The translations under genes were made by a program, and so were the position numbers. From assembly GCF_003966335.1 (NCBI RefSeq), contig NZ_CP034549.1, positions 420,001 to 452,000 on the forward strand: a stretch of DNA of 32,000 nucleotides, read 5' to 3'. The first letter of the stretch is position 1. Each line of letters begins with the position of its first letter. This DNA is from Nonlabens ponticola (GTDB taxonomy: Bacteria; Bacteroidota; Bacteroidia; Flavobacteriales; Flavobacteriaceae). Shown piece after piece: positions 24,913-32,000 of the stretch. The notes under the pieces were generated by a model. That model had not been told where the DNA came from, did no database searches, and worked only from the letters and a program-made list of their open reading frames with translations.

Positions 24913-26400
24913 ATGAAAAATTTCAGCAAACTGTTTGCACTGCTAGCAATAGTTTCATTGACCTTTTCTTGTGTAGAGGATGATGACTTTGGTGTGCCAG
25001 ACACAGCTCCTGTAGCCGTTGAGCTTGATGGACCAGTAGTAACTATACAAGCTTTGAAAAGTGCTCATGAGCAATTAGTGCTTGATAGAGCAGACGATGC
25101 AGGTCTTGATCCTGATAGTCGTTTTGACGTTGAGGCAATACAGGCGATACGTGAGAATACAGTACTTGAATTTGGTGATACTGACCAGTATGTAGAAGGT
25201 TATGTGATCTCAAGCGATGAAGGTGGTAACTTTTTTGAAGAATTATACGTGCAAAACAGACCGGACATGGCTACAGCTGGTATGATCGTATCGATAGATG
25301 TGAATCCATTGTTTACTAAGTATGATCTAGGTCGTCAAATCTTTGTTGATCTTGAGAACTTAGCATTTGGTTTAGAGAATGGTGTTTATACCCTAGGTGT
25401 AAAAGAAGGCGATCAAGTAGAAAAGATTCCAGCATCAGAGCAAGACAATACTATCATTAGAAGTCCTAATGTTGGGCGTCTAATTCCTACGGTTGTTAGT
25501 TTAGGTGACTTTGACGAGAGTCTAGTAGGTACTTTGGTCCAAGTTCAAGACGTGCAATTCAGCCGTCCAGATGTTGTGCGCGATCAAGGCCCTAAGACCT
25601 ACGCAGGTGAAGACACTGACGAGTTTGACGGTGAGCGTCAATTGATAAGCTGTGCCAACGGTGCATCTGCTGTTTTTAGCACCAGTACCTTTGCAGACTT
25701 TAAATCACTGGACCTTCCAACAGGTCGTGGTGATGTAACTGCTGTATTGACAAAGAACTTCTTTGGTGACACGTTTAATTTATCCATCAACTCTCCAGAA
25801 GATGTTGATCTGAGCAATCAAGATCGTTGTGATCCAGACTTCTTAGTATGTAACAACTCAGATGCTGGTACAGGTGATCAAACTATTTTTGAGCAAAATT
25901 TTGAAACCATATTTGCTGAAGCTCAGCTTGATGATCAAGGATGGACTAACGTAAATGTTTCAGGTGGTGATGAGCGTTATGAAGATGGTAACTTTAGCGG
26001 TAATCGTTACATTCAAGTAAACGCATTTGGTCAAGACGATGATCCAATGATCGCATGGTTAGTTACTCCAGAAATTGATCTAGATGATACAAGCGATGAA
26101 GCATTTAGCTTCTCAATTCAAGCAAACTTTGACCAAGGTGGTTTACTCGAGGTATTCATTACTAATGAATATACTGGTGATCCAACAACAACAAACTGGT
26201 CACAACTTGAGGCTAACATTCCTGAAGGTCCAACCGGCGGATTTGCTTCTGGATTTACAGATGTAGATGCAATTGATATTTCTTGTGTAGAAGGTGAAGA
26301 AGTAAATATCGCATTTAAATACACAGCTTCAGATCCAGCTGGAACAACTACTAGATATCACATTGACAACCTACTGGTAACCGGTAATGATGACGACTAG
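24913..26400 (+). CDS. surface lipoprotein partner of the receptor (DUF5689 / choice-of-anchor-J-like, from memory)
   Basis: Lipobox MKNFSKLFALLAIVSLTFSC followed by an acidic linker. The central segment (YVEGYVISSDEGGNFFEELYVQN...) resembles the OB-like module of extracellular nucleases. The C-terminal domain (FEQNFE..GWTNVNVSGG...) resembles choice-of-anchor J. Lies 29 nt after the receptor stop. Confidence 0.6.
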   Translation: MKNFSKLFALLAIVSLTFSCVEDDDFGVPDTAPVAVELDGPVVTIQALKSAHEQLVLDRADDAGLDPDSRFDVEAIQAIRENTVLEFGDTDQYVEGYVISSDEGGNFFEELYVQNRPDMATAGMIVSIDVNPLFTKYDLGRQIFVDLENLAFGLENGVYTLGVKEGDQVEKIPASEQDNTIIRSPNVGRLIPTVVSLGDFDESLVGTLVQVQDVQFSRPDVVRDQGPKTYAGEDTDEFDGERQLISCANGASAVFSTSTFADFKSLDLPTGRGDVTAVLTKNFFGDTFNLSINSPEDVDLSNQDRCDPDFLVCNNSDAGTGDQTIFEQNFETIFAEAQLDDQGWTNVNVSGGDERYEDGNFSGNRYIQVNAFGQDDDPMIAWLVTPEIDLDDTSDEAFSFSIQANFDQGGLLEVFITNEYTGDPTTTNWSQLEANIPEGPTGGFASGFTDVDAIDISCVEGEEVNIAFKYTASDPAGTTTRYHIDNLLVTGNDDD

Positions 26401-26415
26401 ATTGTAGTCGATTAT

Positions 26416-26429
26416 GCTTTCGCGAAAGC
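26416..26429. repeat. palindromic element copy I
   Basis: Perfect 14-mer 16 nt after the lipoprotein stop and ahead of the terminator. Confidence 0.95.
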
Positions 26430-26440
26430 GAACATATCAA

Positions 26441-26469
26441 AAACCACCACTTACACAAGTGGTGGTTTT
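26441..26469 (+). terminator. intrinsic terminator of the receptor-lipoprotein operon
   Basis: Stem AAACCACCACT / AGTGGTGGTTT followed by TTTTT. Confidence 0.8.
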
Positions 26470-26548
26470 TTATTTCAGCCGCTTTTCTTCTAATTCAAGC
26501 TGCGCACGAATAGAATCTAAAGTATGACACAGATGTAGATAGGCAGAA

Positions 26549-26577
26549 AAATAAGCAGCTCACATGGTTGCTTATTT
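26549..26577 (-). terminator. intrinsic terminator downstream of the second EEP gene
   Basis: Stem AAATAAGCA / TGCTTATTT. On the minus strand it is followed by TTTTTC. Confidence 0.6.
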
Positions 26578-26629
26578 CTTTATTTAAATGAAATAAACAA
26601 ATTGATTTAAAAGAACTAGTTCTAAAACT

Positions 26630-27607
26630 TCAATTCCTGCGCAGTATAACGTAAACGGGAAAATGATCACTATAACCACCTGTATAGCGCCTACCTACAA
26701 ATGTGCGTGCTGGCTGGCCACGATACTTTCCTTTCCATTGGCGCAACATGATGTCGTCAAAAATATCTGCTTGATGAACGTACAAGGATCCAGGTACATC
26801 ATTATCTAAATTCTCACTCATCAGTATCTGGTCAAACAAATTCCACTGGAACTTGTGATTAAGCGATCCTCGATGACCTTTCTTGAGAGAGGCCGTGATG
26901 TTGGTAAATCCATGAGGTACTAGATGTTGAGCGATGCTATTGTTATTAGGATCGTCGTTAAAATCACCCATGATCAAGATATTCGTACCACTATCAATCG
27001 TTGTACGGCCTCCTTCTGGATCTAGCCTATTAACATGCTCCATTAATTGTTGAGCGACACTTATACGTTTATGCTCAGTATCAGCGGCGCCGTCACGTCT
27101 GGATGGCCAATGATTGACATATAGTTGCAACGGCATGCCTGCTAGTATTCCCTTTACATATAAGATGTCTCGAGTAGTGTCAGTACCACCGCGATCATCC
27201 TGCAAATGGATATGTATAGGTTGCGATTCTTCAACGGTAAATAAATCCTTGCGATAGAGTAATGCGACATCGATACCACGTTCATCTGGGCTGTTGTAGT
27301 GAACAAAGTTATAATTAAAAGCAGCAAGCTTGGGTTGTGAGATTAGGTCATTGAGAACTTTCTTATTCTCAACCTCAGCAACACCTATTATTGCAGGTGG
27401 TTTGCCAGTGAGATCTGTCGCTATTTTGCTGATAGCATCACTCAGGTTTTTGAGCTTCTTCTCATACCTGTTTTGATTCCATTCCTTGCGTCCTAGCTCA
27501 GTGAAATCATCATCGAGAATATGCTTATCGTTGGTATAGTCAAAAAGATTTTCGAGATTGTAAAAAGCAACGGTGTATTGCTCAAATGCTTGAGAAGGAA
27601 TAGACAC
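26630..27607 (-). CDS. EEP family protein, paralog of 20761..21915 without a signal peptide
   Basis: Same blocks as the paralog (VAFYNLENLFD, GVAEVEN, NHWPSR, MGDFNDDP, GGYSDHFPVYVIL). GTG start. The protein begins where the mature part of the paralog begins. Confidence 0.85.
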   Translation of the reverse strand: MSIPSQAFEQYTVAFYNLENLFDYTNDKHILDDDFTELGRKEWNQNRYEKKLKNLSDAISKIATDLTGKPPAIIGVAEVENKKVLNDLISQPKLAAFNYNFVHYNSPDERGIDVALLYRKDLFTVEESQPIHIHLQDDRGGTDTTRDILYVKGILAGMPLQLYVNHWPSRRDGAADTEHKRISVAQQLMEHVNRLDPEGGRTTIDSGTNILIMGDFNDDPNNNSIAQHLVPHGFTNITASLKKGHRGSLNHKFQWNLFDQILMSENLDNDVPGSLYVHQADIFDDIMLRQWKGKYRGQPARTFVGRRYTGGYSDHFPVYVILRRN

Positions 27608-27647
27608 TAAATAGAATTTGATACAAACCTAATGCATAAACTAGTAG

Positions 27648-28472
27648 TTATGCGAGATCTTCTAGGAACTGTTTTGTCCTCTCATAAACCGTTTCATCCT
27701 GTAGATCATGACCCAATCCTTTAGTATAATAGGCATGTATTTTTCCTTGAGGTATGGCATCTTTAATATACCCTATAGGGCATACACGGTCAGTCTCATC
27801 ATGAATGACTAACACAGGCTTGTCAATAGCAGTAAAGAAGCGTGCAAGTGTTATATCAAGCGGCGGTATTTTAGTTACATTTTCAGCGATATGTTGATTC
27901 ATATTATCTATCACTTTTTGGTTGAGACCAACTACCCGTTTGAAGAAATCATAAATGGATTGCATTCCTGCTGGAGCGCCAGTAATTACAAATCTATCTA
28001 CAGCAAGCTGTGGATTATCTAGATATGCATATGCAGTAACTAGACCGCCTAAGGAATGTGCGATTACCGCGTGTAGTTTCCCAATATCTTCAATGGCCTG
28101 CACCATGAAGCGTCTGTATATTTCAATATTCAAGGAATCACCAGGACTACGACCGTGCGCTGGCGCATCAATAGCATAGATAGTGTATTTCTCTAGGTCT
28201 AACATATTGATAAGCTGTTCCCATCTAGCACTATAACTTTTCCAGCCGTGTAATAAAAGAATAGGTCGATCTCCTGATCCCAATGTGTAAAGTGTCGCCC
28301 TGTAATCACCATCCTGAAGTACTCTTGAGCTTGCTTGATCTAGAAATTTATTAGGAGATTTGTCAATATTAGTCCGCTTGACACGGCACAATAATCTAAA
28401 TGCGAAAGAGCCATTCCATCGCGCCGCGATGAATGCGCTACTATTCAAGAAATAAGAGAGGATTTTTTTCAT
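27648..28472 (-). CDS. alpha/beta hydrolase
   Basis: LLLHGW (oxyanion region), nucleophile elbow AHSLGG, and a late GLGHD histidine block. Confidence 0.8.
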   Translation of the reverse strand: MKKILSYFLNSSAFIAARWNGSFAFRLLCRVKRTNIDKSPNKFLDQASSRVLQDGDYRATLYTLGSGDRPILLLHGWKSYSARWEQLINMLDLEKYTIYAIDAPAHGRSPGDSLNIEIYRRFMVQAIEDIGKLHAVIAHSLGGLVTAYAYLDNPQLAVDRFVITGAPAGMQSIYDFFKRVVGLNQKVIDNMNQHIAENVTKIPPLDITLARFFTAIDKPVLVIHDETDRVCPIGYIKDAIPQGKIHAYYTKGLGHDLQDETVYERTKQFLEDLA

Positions 28473-28478
28473 AGCTAT

Positions 28479-28492
28479 ATACCGATCGGTAT
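28479..28492. promoter_or_regulatory. operator copy 2: ATACCGATCGGTAT
   Basis: 14-bp perfect palindrome identical to the core of 29108-29129. Lies 7 nt upstream of the hydrolase ATG (28472), in the 39-nt gap after the tetR stop. Confidence 0.6.
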
Positions 28493-28511
28493 CTTATGGT
28501 TTAAATTTTTT

Positions 28512-29102
28512 TTATGTAAGTATGTTATTATTTAATTGCTTGAGACTTGCAACACAATGCTGCATAGCATCATTAGTTCCTTCTAGTTTACTCAACATGA
28601 TCGCACCTTCTAGTGTGGCAATAAAAACATAACACATCTGTTCGATATTTGTTTCTTGTTTAATCTGGCCATGATTCTTTCCATTATGCATGATTTTTAT
28701 GATGGAATCCTTAAGCTTTTGCAGCATCAATCTAGTCTTATCACGCATGATAGAGTCTTTATCATCGACTTCAACAGCACTGTTGAGTAGTGGGCAACCG
28801 CCAGCATACGGCGGCTCAATGAGATAGTTTTCGAAGAATTTGAAAACCACATCCATCTTCTCTTGATAGCTTTTGGCTTCCTTGATTTGGGTTCCCAAGA
28901 TGTTAAACATAGTAGTCGCTAGACGCTTGAGAGCCGCTCTTTCAAGATGTTCTTTATTCTTGAAATGCTTGTAGATAGCACCCTTTGTCAAGCCAGTGGC
29001 CTTAGTAATATCCCGCAATGAGGTTGATTTATAACCTTGCGTGTTGAAGAGATCAGCACTAGTTTTTATAATTAGCTCTCTTGTATGTTCCGGATTTCTC
29101 AC
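28512..29102 (-). CDS. TetR/AcrR-family transcriptional regulator
   Basis: N-terminal HTH: ELIIKTSADLFNTQGYKSTSLRDITKATGLTKGAIYKHFKNKEHL. GTG start. Confidence 0.9.
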   Translation of the reverse strand: MRNPEHTRELIIKTSADLFNTQGYKSTSLRDITKATGLTKGAIYKHFKNKEHLERAALKRLATTMFNILGTQIKEAKSYQEKMDVVFKFFENYLIEPPYAGGCPLLNSAVEVDDKDSIMRDKTRLMLQKLKDSIIKIMHNGKNHGQIKQETNIEQMCYVFIATLEGAIMLSKLEGTNDAMQHCVASLKQLNNNILT

Positions 29103-29106
29103 GTGT

Positions 29107-29114
29107 CAAAGATA
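29107..29114 (-). promoter_or_regulatory. -7 box TATCTTTG, 4 nt before the tetR GTG, embedded in the operator
   Basis: The minus strand reads TATCTTTG-ACAC-GTG. The mirror half on the + strand reads TATCTTTA (29123-29130), facing the divergent hydrolase. Confidence 0.45.
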
Positions 29115-29129
29115 CCGATCGGTATCTTT
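29108..29129. promoter_or_regulatory. operator copy 1: 22-bp perfect palindrome AAAGATACCGATCGGTATCTTT
   Basis: Read directly. Lies between divergent tetR (GTG 29102) and the hydrolase (ATG 29165). Confidence 0.7.
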
Positions 29130-29164
29130 ATTTCCTAATCAGAAATTATATCGTACATTTAAAA

Positions 29165-29917
29165 ATGCCACACATTAGATTAAAGCAATTAAGTGATCAA
29201 GGCGCCGCAGTTATATTAATACATGGTTTTTTAGGAAACTCGGTACAATGGCAACCTATAGCTCAGGTACTGCAATCCAACTACTCTGTTTATACAATAG
29301 ACTTACCAGGACATGGCTCAAATACAAGCCTCGAGTTTTACACGCTTACTGATCTTGCAAAAGATCTGGTAAGAGATCTTAATGAACGGCATATTGATCT
29401 AGTTCATGTGATAGGTCATAGCATGGGTGGTTATGTGGGTTCCGCTTTCGCGAAAGCGCATCCCGAGAAAATTGCCAGTCTCACCCTACTTAATAGTATC
29501 GCTGGTGCTGATAGCGCGCAACGCTTAACACTACGCAACCGCAGCCTTGAATTTATTGAGCGTTACGGCCATGCTTATACCAGCATGGCAATAGCAAATC
29601 TTTTCACCGATTTGGAAAAAGTAACTCATACTGCAATGATCGAGAACCTAAAGAATGCAGCGGCTGCGATGAATTTAATAGCCGTTAAAAATGCCATCAT
29701 TGCCATGCGTGATCGTGTGGATGCATTGCACATGCTAGACGATAAAGGTCTCAACATAAATTATATCGCTGGTACGCAGGATACAATACTTCCTATTGCA
29801 CAGGTACGAAAAGAAGCAGTTGAACTTAATAAGCCCATCGCAGAGATCGATTCAGGACATATGTCGTTGCTCACTTCACCCGAATTAATCATTGAAAGAT
29901 TACCGTTTATCGAATAG
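29165..29917 (+). CDS. alpha/beta hydrolase
   Basis: VILIHGFLGN, GHSMGG nucleophile elbow, and a late SGHM histidine block. I start at ATG 29165, not the track start at 29081, which overlaps tetR. Confidence 0.85.
   Translation: MPHIRLKQLSDQGAAVILIHGFLGNSVQWQPIAQVLQSNYSVYTIDLPGHGSNTSLEFYTLTDLAKDLVRDLNERHIDLVHVIGHSMGGYVGSAFAKAHPEKIASLTLLNSIAGADSAQRLTLRNRSLEFIERYGHAYTSMAIANLFTDLEKVTHTAMIENLKNAAAAMNLIAVKNAIIAMRDRVDALHMLDDKGLNINYIAGTQDTILPIAQVRKEAVELNKPIAEIDSGHMSLLTSPELIIERLPFIE
29443..29458. repeat. palindromic element copy J (inside CDS)
   Basis: 16-bp perfect palindrome encoding A-F-A-K-A just after the nucleophile elbow (GHSMGGYVGSAFAKAHPE). Confidence 0.95.
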
Positions 29918-29985
29918 ATTGTCGATAAAGTGCTGTTTTTGTGAATAACTTTCTTAGTTTTAAGAACATATTAAGACATTCCCTT

Positions 29986-30219
29986 ATGGCTCTTTTCAAC
30001 TCTCTCAAGTCTATCGCCTGCCAAATAACCGGTCACAAATTAGTAGTATCTGATCATGTGACAGATCGCGTGCAGGAACTATGTTGTAAAAATTGTGGCA
30101 TACAAATGACCACAAACATTTATGGTGATATTGTACCACTTAACGACCGTTATTCAAGAATCAATCACAGTCTGCGACAGATAGCATCGCATAAAAAAGC
30201 ATTGAAGATCGCTGGATAA
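29986..30219 (+). CDS. small hypothetical protein with a GHK...CxxC motif
   Basis: MALFNSLKSIACQITGHKLVV...ELCCKNCGIQM... The family is not recognised with confidence. The ATG at 29986 is preferred over the GTG at 29941. Confidence 0.35.
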   Translation: MALFNSLKSIACQITGHKLVVSDHVTDRVQELCCKNCGIQMTTNIYGDIVPLNDRYSRINHSLRQIASHKKALKIAG

Positions 30220-30221
30220 TT

Positions 30222-31268
30222 TTACTCTGATTCAAAGCTGTTCCAACCCATGGCCTTTACTGCTATCTGCTCGCCACCACGAGTTATTAGATGTATGCCT
30301 TCTCCTTCTGGAACCACGTGTCCTATTATTGACAAACTAGGATTTGCTTTGATTTTAGGAAAATCTTCTTGCTTTACGGTAAATAACAACTCATAATCCT
30401 CACCACCACTCAATGCTACCGTGGTACTGTCCAGATTAAATTCCTCGCAGGCAGATATAACTGTAGGATCCAGCGGTATTTTATCCTCGTAAACCTTCAT
30501 TCCTACCTTACTGTTTTTGCACAGGTGGATTATTTCACTACTCAAACCATCAGATAAATCAATCATGCTGGTAGGCTTGACTTCTAGATCTTCTAATAAC
30601 TTAGGAATATCCTTGCGCGCCTCTGGTTTCAGCTGTCGTTCTATTAAATAGCTATAAGCCTCAATATCTGGCTGGTTATTAGGATTTGCCTTAAAAACCT
30701 GTTTTTCTCTTTCAAGGATCTGCAACCCTAGGTATGCTGCACCTATGTCGCCGCTCACAACCAATAAATCACCATCGCTGGCGCCGTTACGGTAAACAAT
30801 CTCTTTTTCTTTTTGCTCACCTATTGCCGTGATGGAAATAATTAAACCACTATTACTTGACGTGGTGTCGCCACCTATTAGATCGACTTGATAATTTTTG
30901 CAGGCTAATTGTATACCGTCATACAATTCATCCAGCGCCTCGACAGGAAAACGGCTGGAAACTGCGATGCTCACAGTTACTTGGGATGCCACGGCATTCA
31001 TCGCATACACATCTGATAGATTGACCATGACCGCCTTGTAACCTAAATGTTTGAGCGGCACATAACTCAAATCAAAATGCACGCCTTCCACCAGCATATC
31101 GGTTGTGATGACTGTTTGTTTCTCATGATGTATCACAGCGGCGTCATCGCCTATAGCTTTGACCGTACTTGCCTGACCTATCTCAAAGTTTCTTGTGAGA
31201 TGATCAATCAAACCAAATTCACCTAATTGCTCTATCGGCGTGCGCTGCGGGTTTTTGTCTTCTATCAT
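30222..31268 (-). CDS. thiL: thiamine-monophosphate kinase
   Basis: LGEFGLIDHL, IGDDAAVI, DMLVEGVHF, GGD.T and a C-terminal GGEDYELLFT, all AIR-synthase-related fold motifs typical of ThiL. Confidence 0.9.
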   Translation of the reverse strand: MIEDKNPQRTPIEQLGEFGLIDHLTRNFEIGQASTVKAIGDDAAVIHHEKQTVITTDMLVEGVHFDLSYVPLKHLGYKAVMVNLSDVYAMNAVASQVTVSIAVSSRFPVEALDELYDGIQLACKNYQVDLIGGDTTSSNSGLIISITAIGEQKEKEIVYRNGASDGDLLVVSGDIGAAYLGLQILEREKQVFKANPNNQPDIEAYSYLIERQLKPEARKDIPKLLEDLEVKPTSMIDLSDGLSSEIIHLCKNSKVGMKVYEDKIPLDPTVISACEEFNLDSTTVALSGGEDYELLFTVKQEDFPKIKANPSLSIIGHVVPEGEGIHLITRGGEQIAVKAMGWNSFESE

Positions 31269-31272
31269 GATG

Positions 31273-31280
31273 CAAAGCTA
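31273..31280 (-). promoter_or_regulatory. -7 box TAGCTTTG, 4 nt before the thiL ATG
   Basis: The minus strand reads TAGCTTTG-CATC-ATG. Confidence 0.45.
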
Positions 31281-31402
31281 CAATTATGATTCATAAAGCT
31301 GTAAAATTTAGACCCATTATACGACTGGAAAAGCTATAAGAAATGTACATACAAGCATGTGAGAAACTCATGTAAATGCGCCTTAAGCCGCGGTGTGTAT
31401 TG

Positions 31403-31410
31403 TATCTTTG
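31403..31410 (+). promoter_or_regulatory. -7 box TATCTTTG upstream of the suf genes
   Basis: Matches TAnnTTTG, 28 nt before ATG 31439. Confidence 0.35.
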
Positions 31411-31438
31411 CACACATTTATTTAACGATAAAAGCATT

Positions 31439-31768
31439 ATGATAAACGTATCTGAAACAGCAAAAACAAGACTAAGCTCATTAATGAGCGAGGAAGGTTT
31501 TTCCATTGACAAAGACTACGTGCGCGTAGGCGTCAAGAGCGGTGGTTGTAGCGGTTTGTCCTATGATTTGAGTTTTGACAAGAATAGCGTCGAGACCGAC
31601 AAAGTCTTTGAAGCAAATGATGTACGCATCGTGGTGGACAAGCGCAGTTTTCTATACCTAGTAGGCACGACCCTAGAATTTAGCGGTGGTCTCAACGGCA
31701 AGGGATTTGTATTCAATAATCCTAATGCACAAAGAACCTGCGGTTGTGGTGAGAGTTTTTCCTTGTAG
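31439..31768 (+). CDS. sufA: HesB/IscA/SufA-type iron-sulfur cluster insertion protein
   Basis: MINVSETAKTRL..., GVKSGGCSGLSY, and a C-terminal CGCGESF. I start at ATG 31439. Confidence 0.88.
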   Translation: MINVSETAKTRLSSLMSEEGFSIDKDYVRVGVKSGGCSGLSYDLSFDKNSVETDKVFEANDVRIVVDKRSFLYLVGTTLEFSGGLNGKGFVFNNPNAQRTCGCGESFSL

Positions 31769-31783
31769 AGAGGTTTTGTGTGA

Positions 31784-31805
31784 TTACGCTTTCGCGAAAG
31801 CGTAA
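31784..31805. repeat. palindromic element copy K, full 22-bp form TTACGCTTTCGCGAAAGCGTAA
   Basis: 22-bp perfect palindrome, intercistronic between sufA and sufB. Confidence 0.95.
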
Positions 31806-31932
31806 CTAAAGAAAACAGATGAACAGTAATACCTACACTGAGAATAATCAAAGTGAAGGAACAAAATTTAAACGGTAAGACAAACACTGCCAAAAGCGTT
31901 GAACTTGAAACCGTTAACATTGAACTAAGAAA

Positions 31933-32000
31933 ATGGCAAAATATACTGAAGAACAATTAGAAAAGGAACTCGAGAATAAGGAGTACGAGTATGGTTTTTA
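31933..32000 (+). CDS. sufB: Fe-S cluster assembly protein SufB (first 22 codons, continues beyond the window)
   Basis: MAKYTEEQLEKELENKEYEYGF matches the flavobacterial SufB N-terminus as I remember it, and it follows sufA. Confidence 0.7.
   Translation, partial: MAKYTEEQLEKELENKEYEYGF

Noticed and set aside
22345-26324. Minus- and plus-strand ORFs nested in the TonB receptor and lipoprotein genes (22345.., 22901.., 22929.., 24777.., 26084.., 26118..)
   Set aside because: They are nested in long, coherent reading frames with receptor or lipoprotein features, and are typical overlapping noise.
29081-29164. Track start of the second hydrolase at 29081
   Set aside because: It would overlap the tetR 5' end and read across the operator palindrome. 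ATG 29165 gives the normal short N-terminus before the HG oxyanion motif.
1040-31805. The repeated palindromes as a CRISPR array or an IS/MITE family
   Set aside because: Spacing is irregular and on the kilobase scale, with ordinary genes in between. There is no cas gene or transposase, I see no flanking target-site duplications, and several copies are in-frame parts of conserved genes.
31291-31956. Minus-strand ORFs 31291..31512 and 31561..31956
   Set aside because: They are antisense to the sufA gene and promoter region and span the palindrome. Their hydrophobic translations have no support, and suf operon synteny explains the region.

Overview
This is a compact chromosomal segment that looks like Flavobacteriaceae (Bacteroidota). 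Supporting signs are TonB-dependent receptors, lipoprotein signal peptides, a T9SS-type C-terminal sorting domain, TAnnTTTG -7 promoter boxes, and a sufA-sufB junction at the right edge. I see no rRNA, tRNA, CRISPR array, transposase or integrase.

Most genes are housekeeping or envelope genes:
- partial sensor kinase, aldo/keto reductase, plsC-like acyltransferase with a soluble acyl-ACP desaturase, bacilliredoxin-like protein
- greA-HIT-ankyrin operon, a TonB-dependent receptor behind a TPP riboswitch, pirin, an OMP
- yefM-yoeB toxin-antitoxin with an extra gene, metG, a DUF1800/DUF1501 pair, ldcA, yraN
- a nuclease/TonB-receptor/lipoprotein cluster, a TetR with two alpha/beta hydrolases, thiL, sufA and the start of sufB

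Structure not explained by the genes:
1. A perfect palindrome (core GCTTTCGCGAAAGC, up to 22 bp as TTACGCTTTCGCGAAAGCGTAA) occurs 9 times, plus 2 split 46-bp variants. Copies lie in intergenic DNA and also in frame inside four conserved genes. This resembles an uptake-signal or global binding site more than a classical extragenic REP.
2. A 10-copy 8-bp microsatellite lies just upstream of the plsC/desaturase promoter.
3. Four genes have a TAnnTTTG box exactly 4 nt before the start codon, which suggests leaderless mRNAs.
4. A 22-bp perfect palindromic operator, with a 14-bp second copy, organises the TetR/hydrolase/EEP module.
5. Two paralogous EEP nucleases flank a non-SusCD TonB receptor plus surface lipoprotein, a candidate extracellular-DNA scavenging locus.
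6. A DUF1501 protein carries both a twin-arginine signal and a T9SS C-terminal domain.

All family names come from reading motifs by eye. No searches were run.
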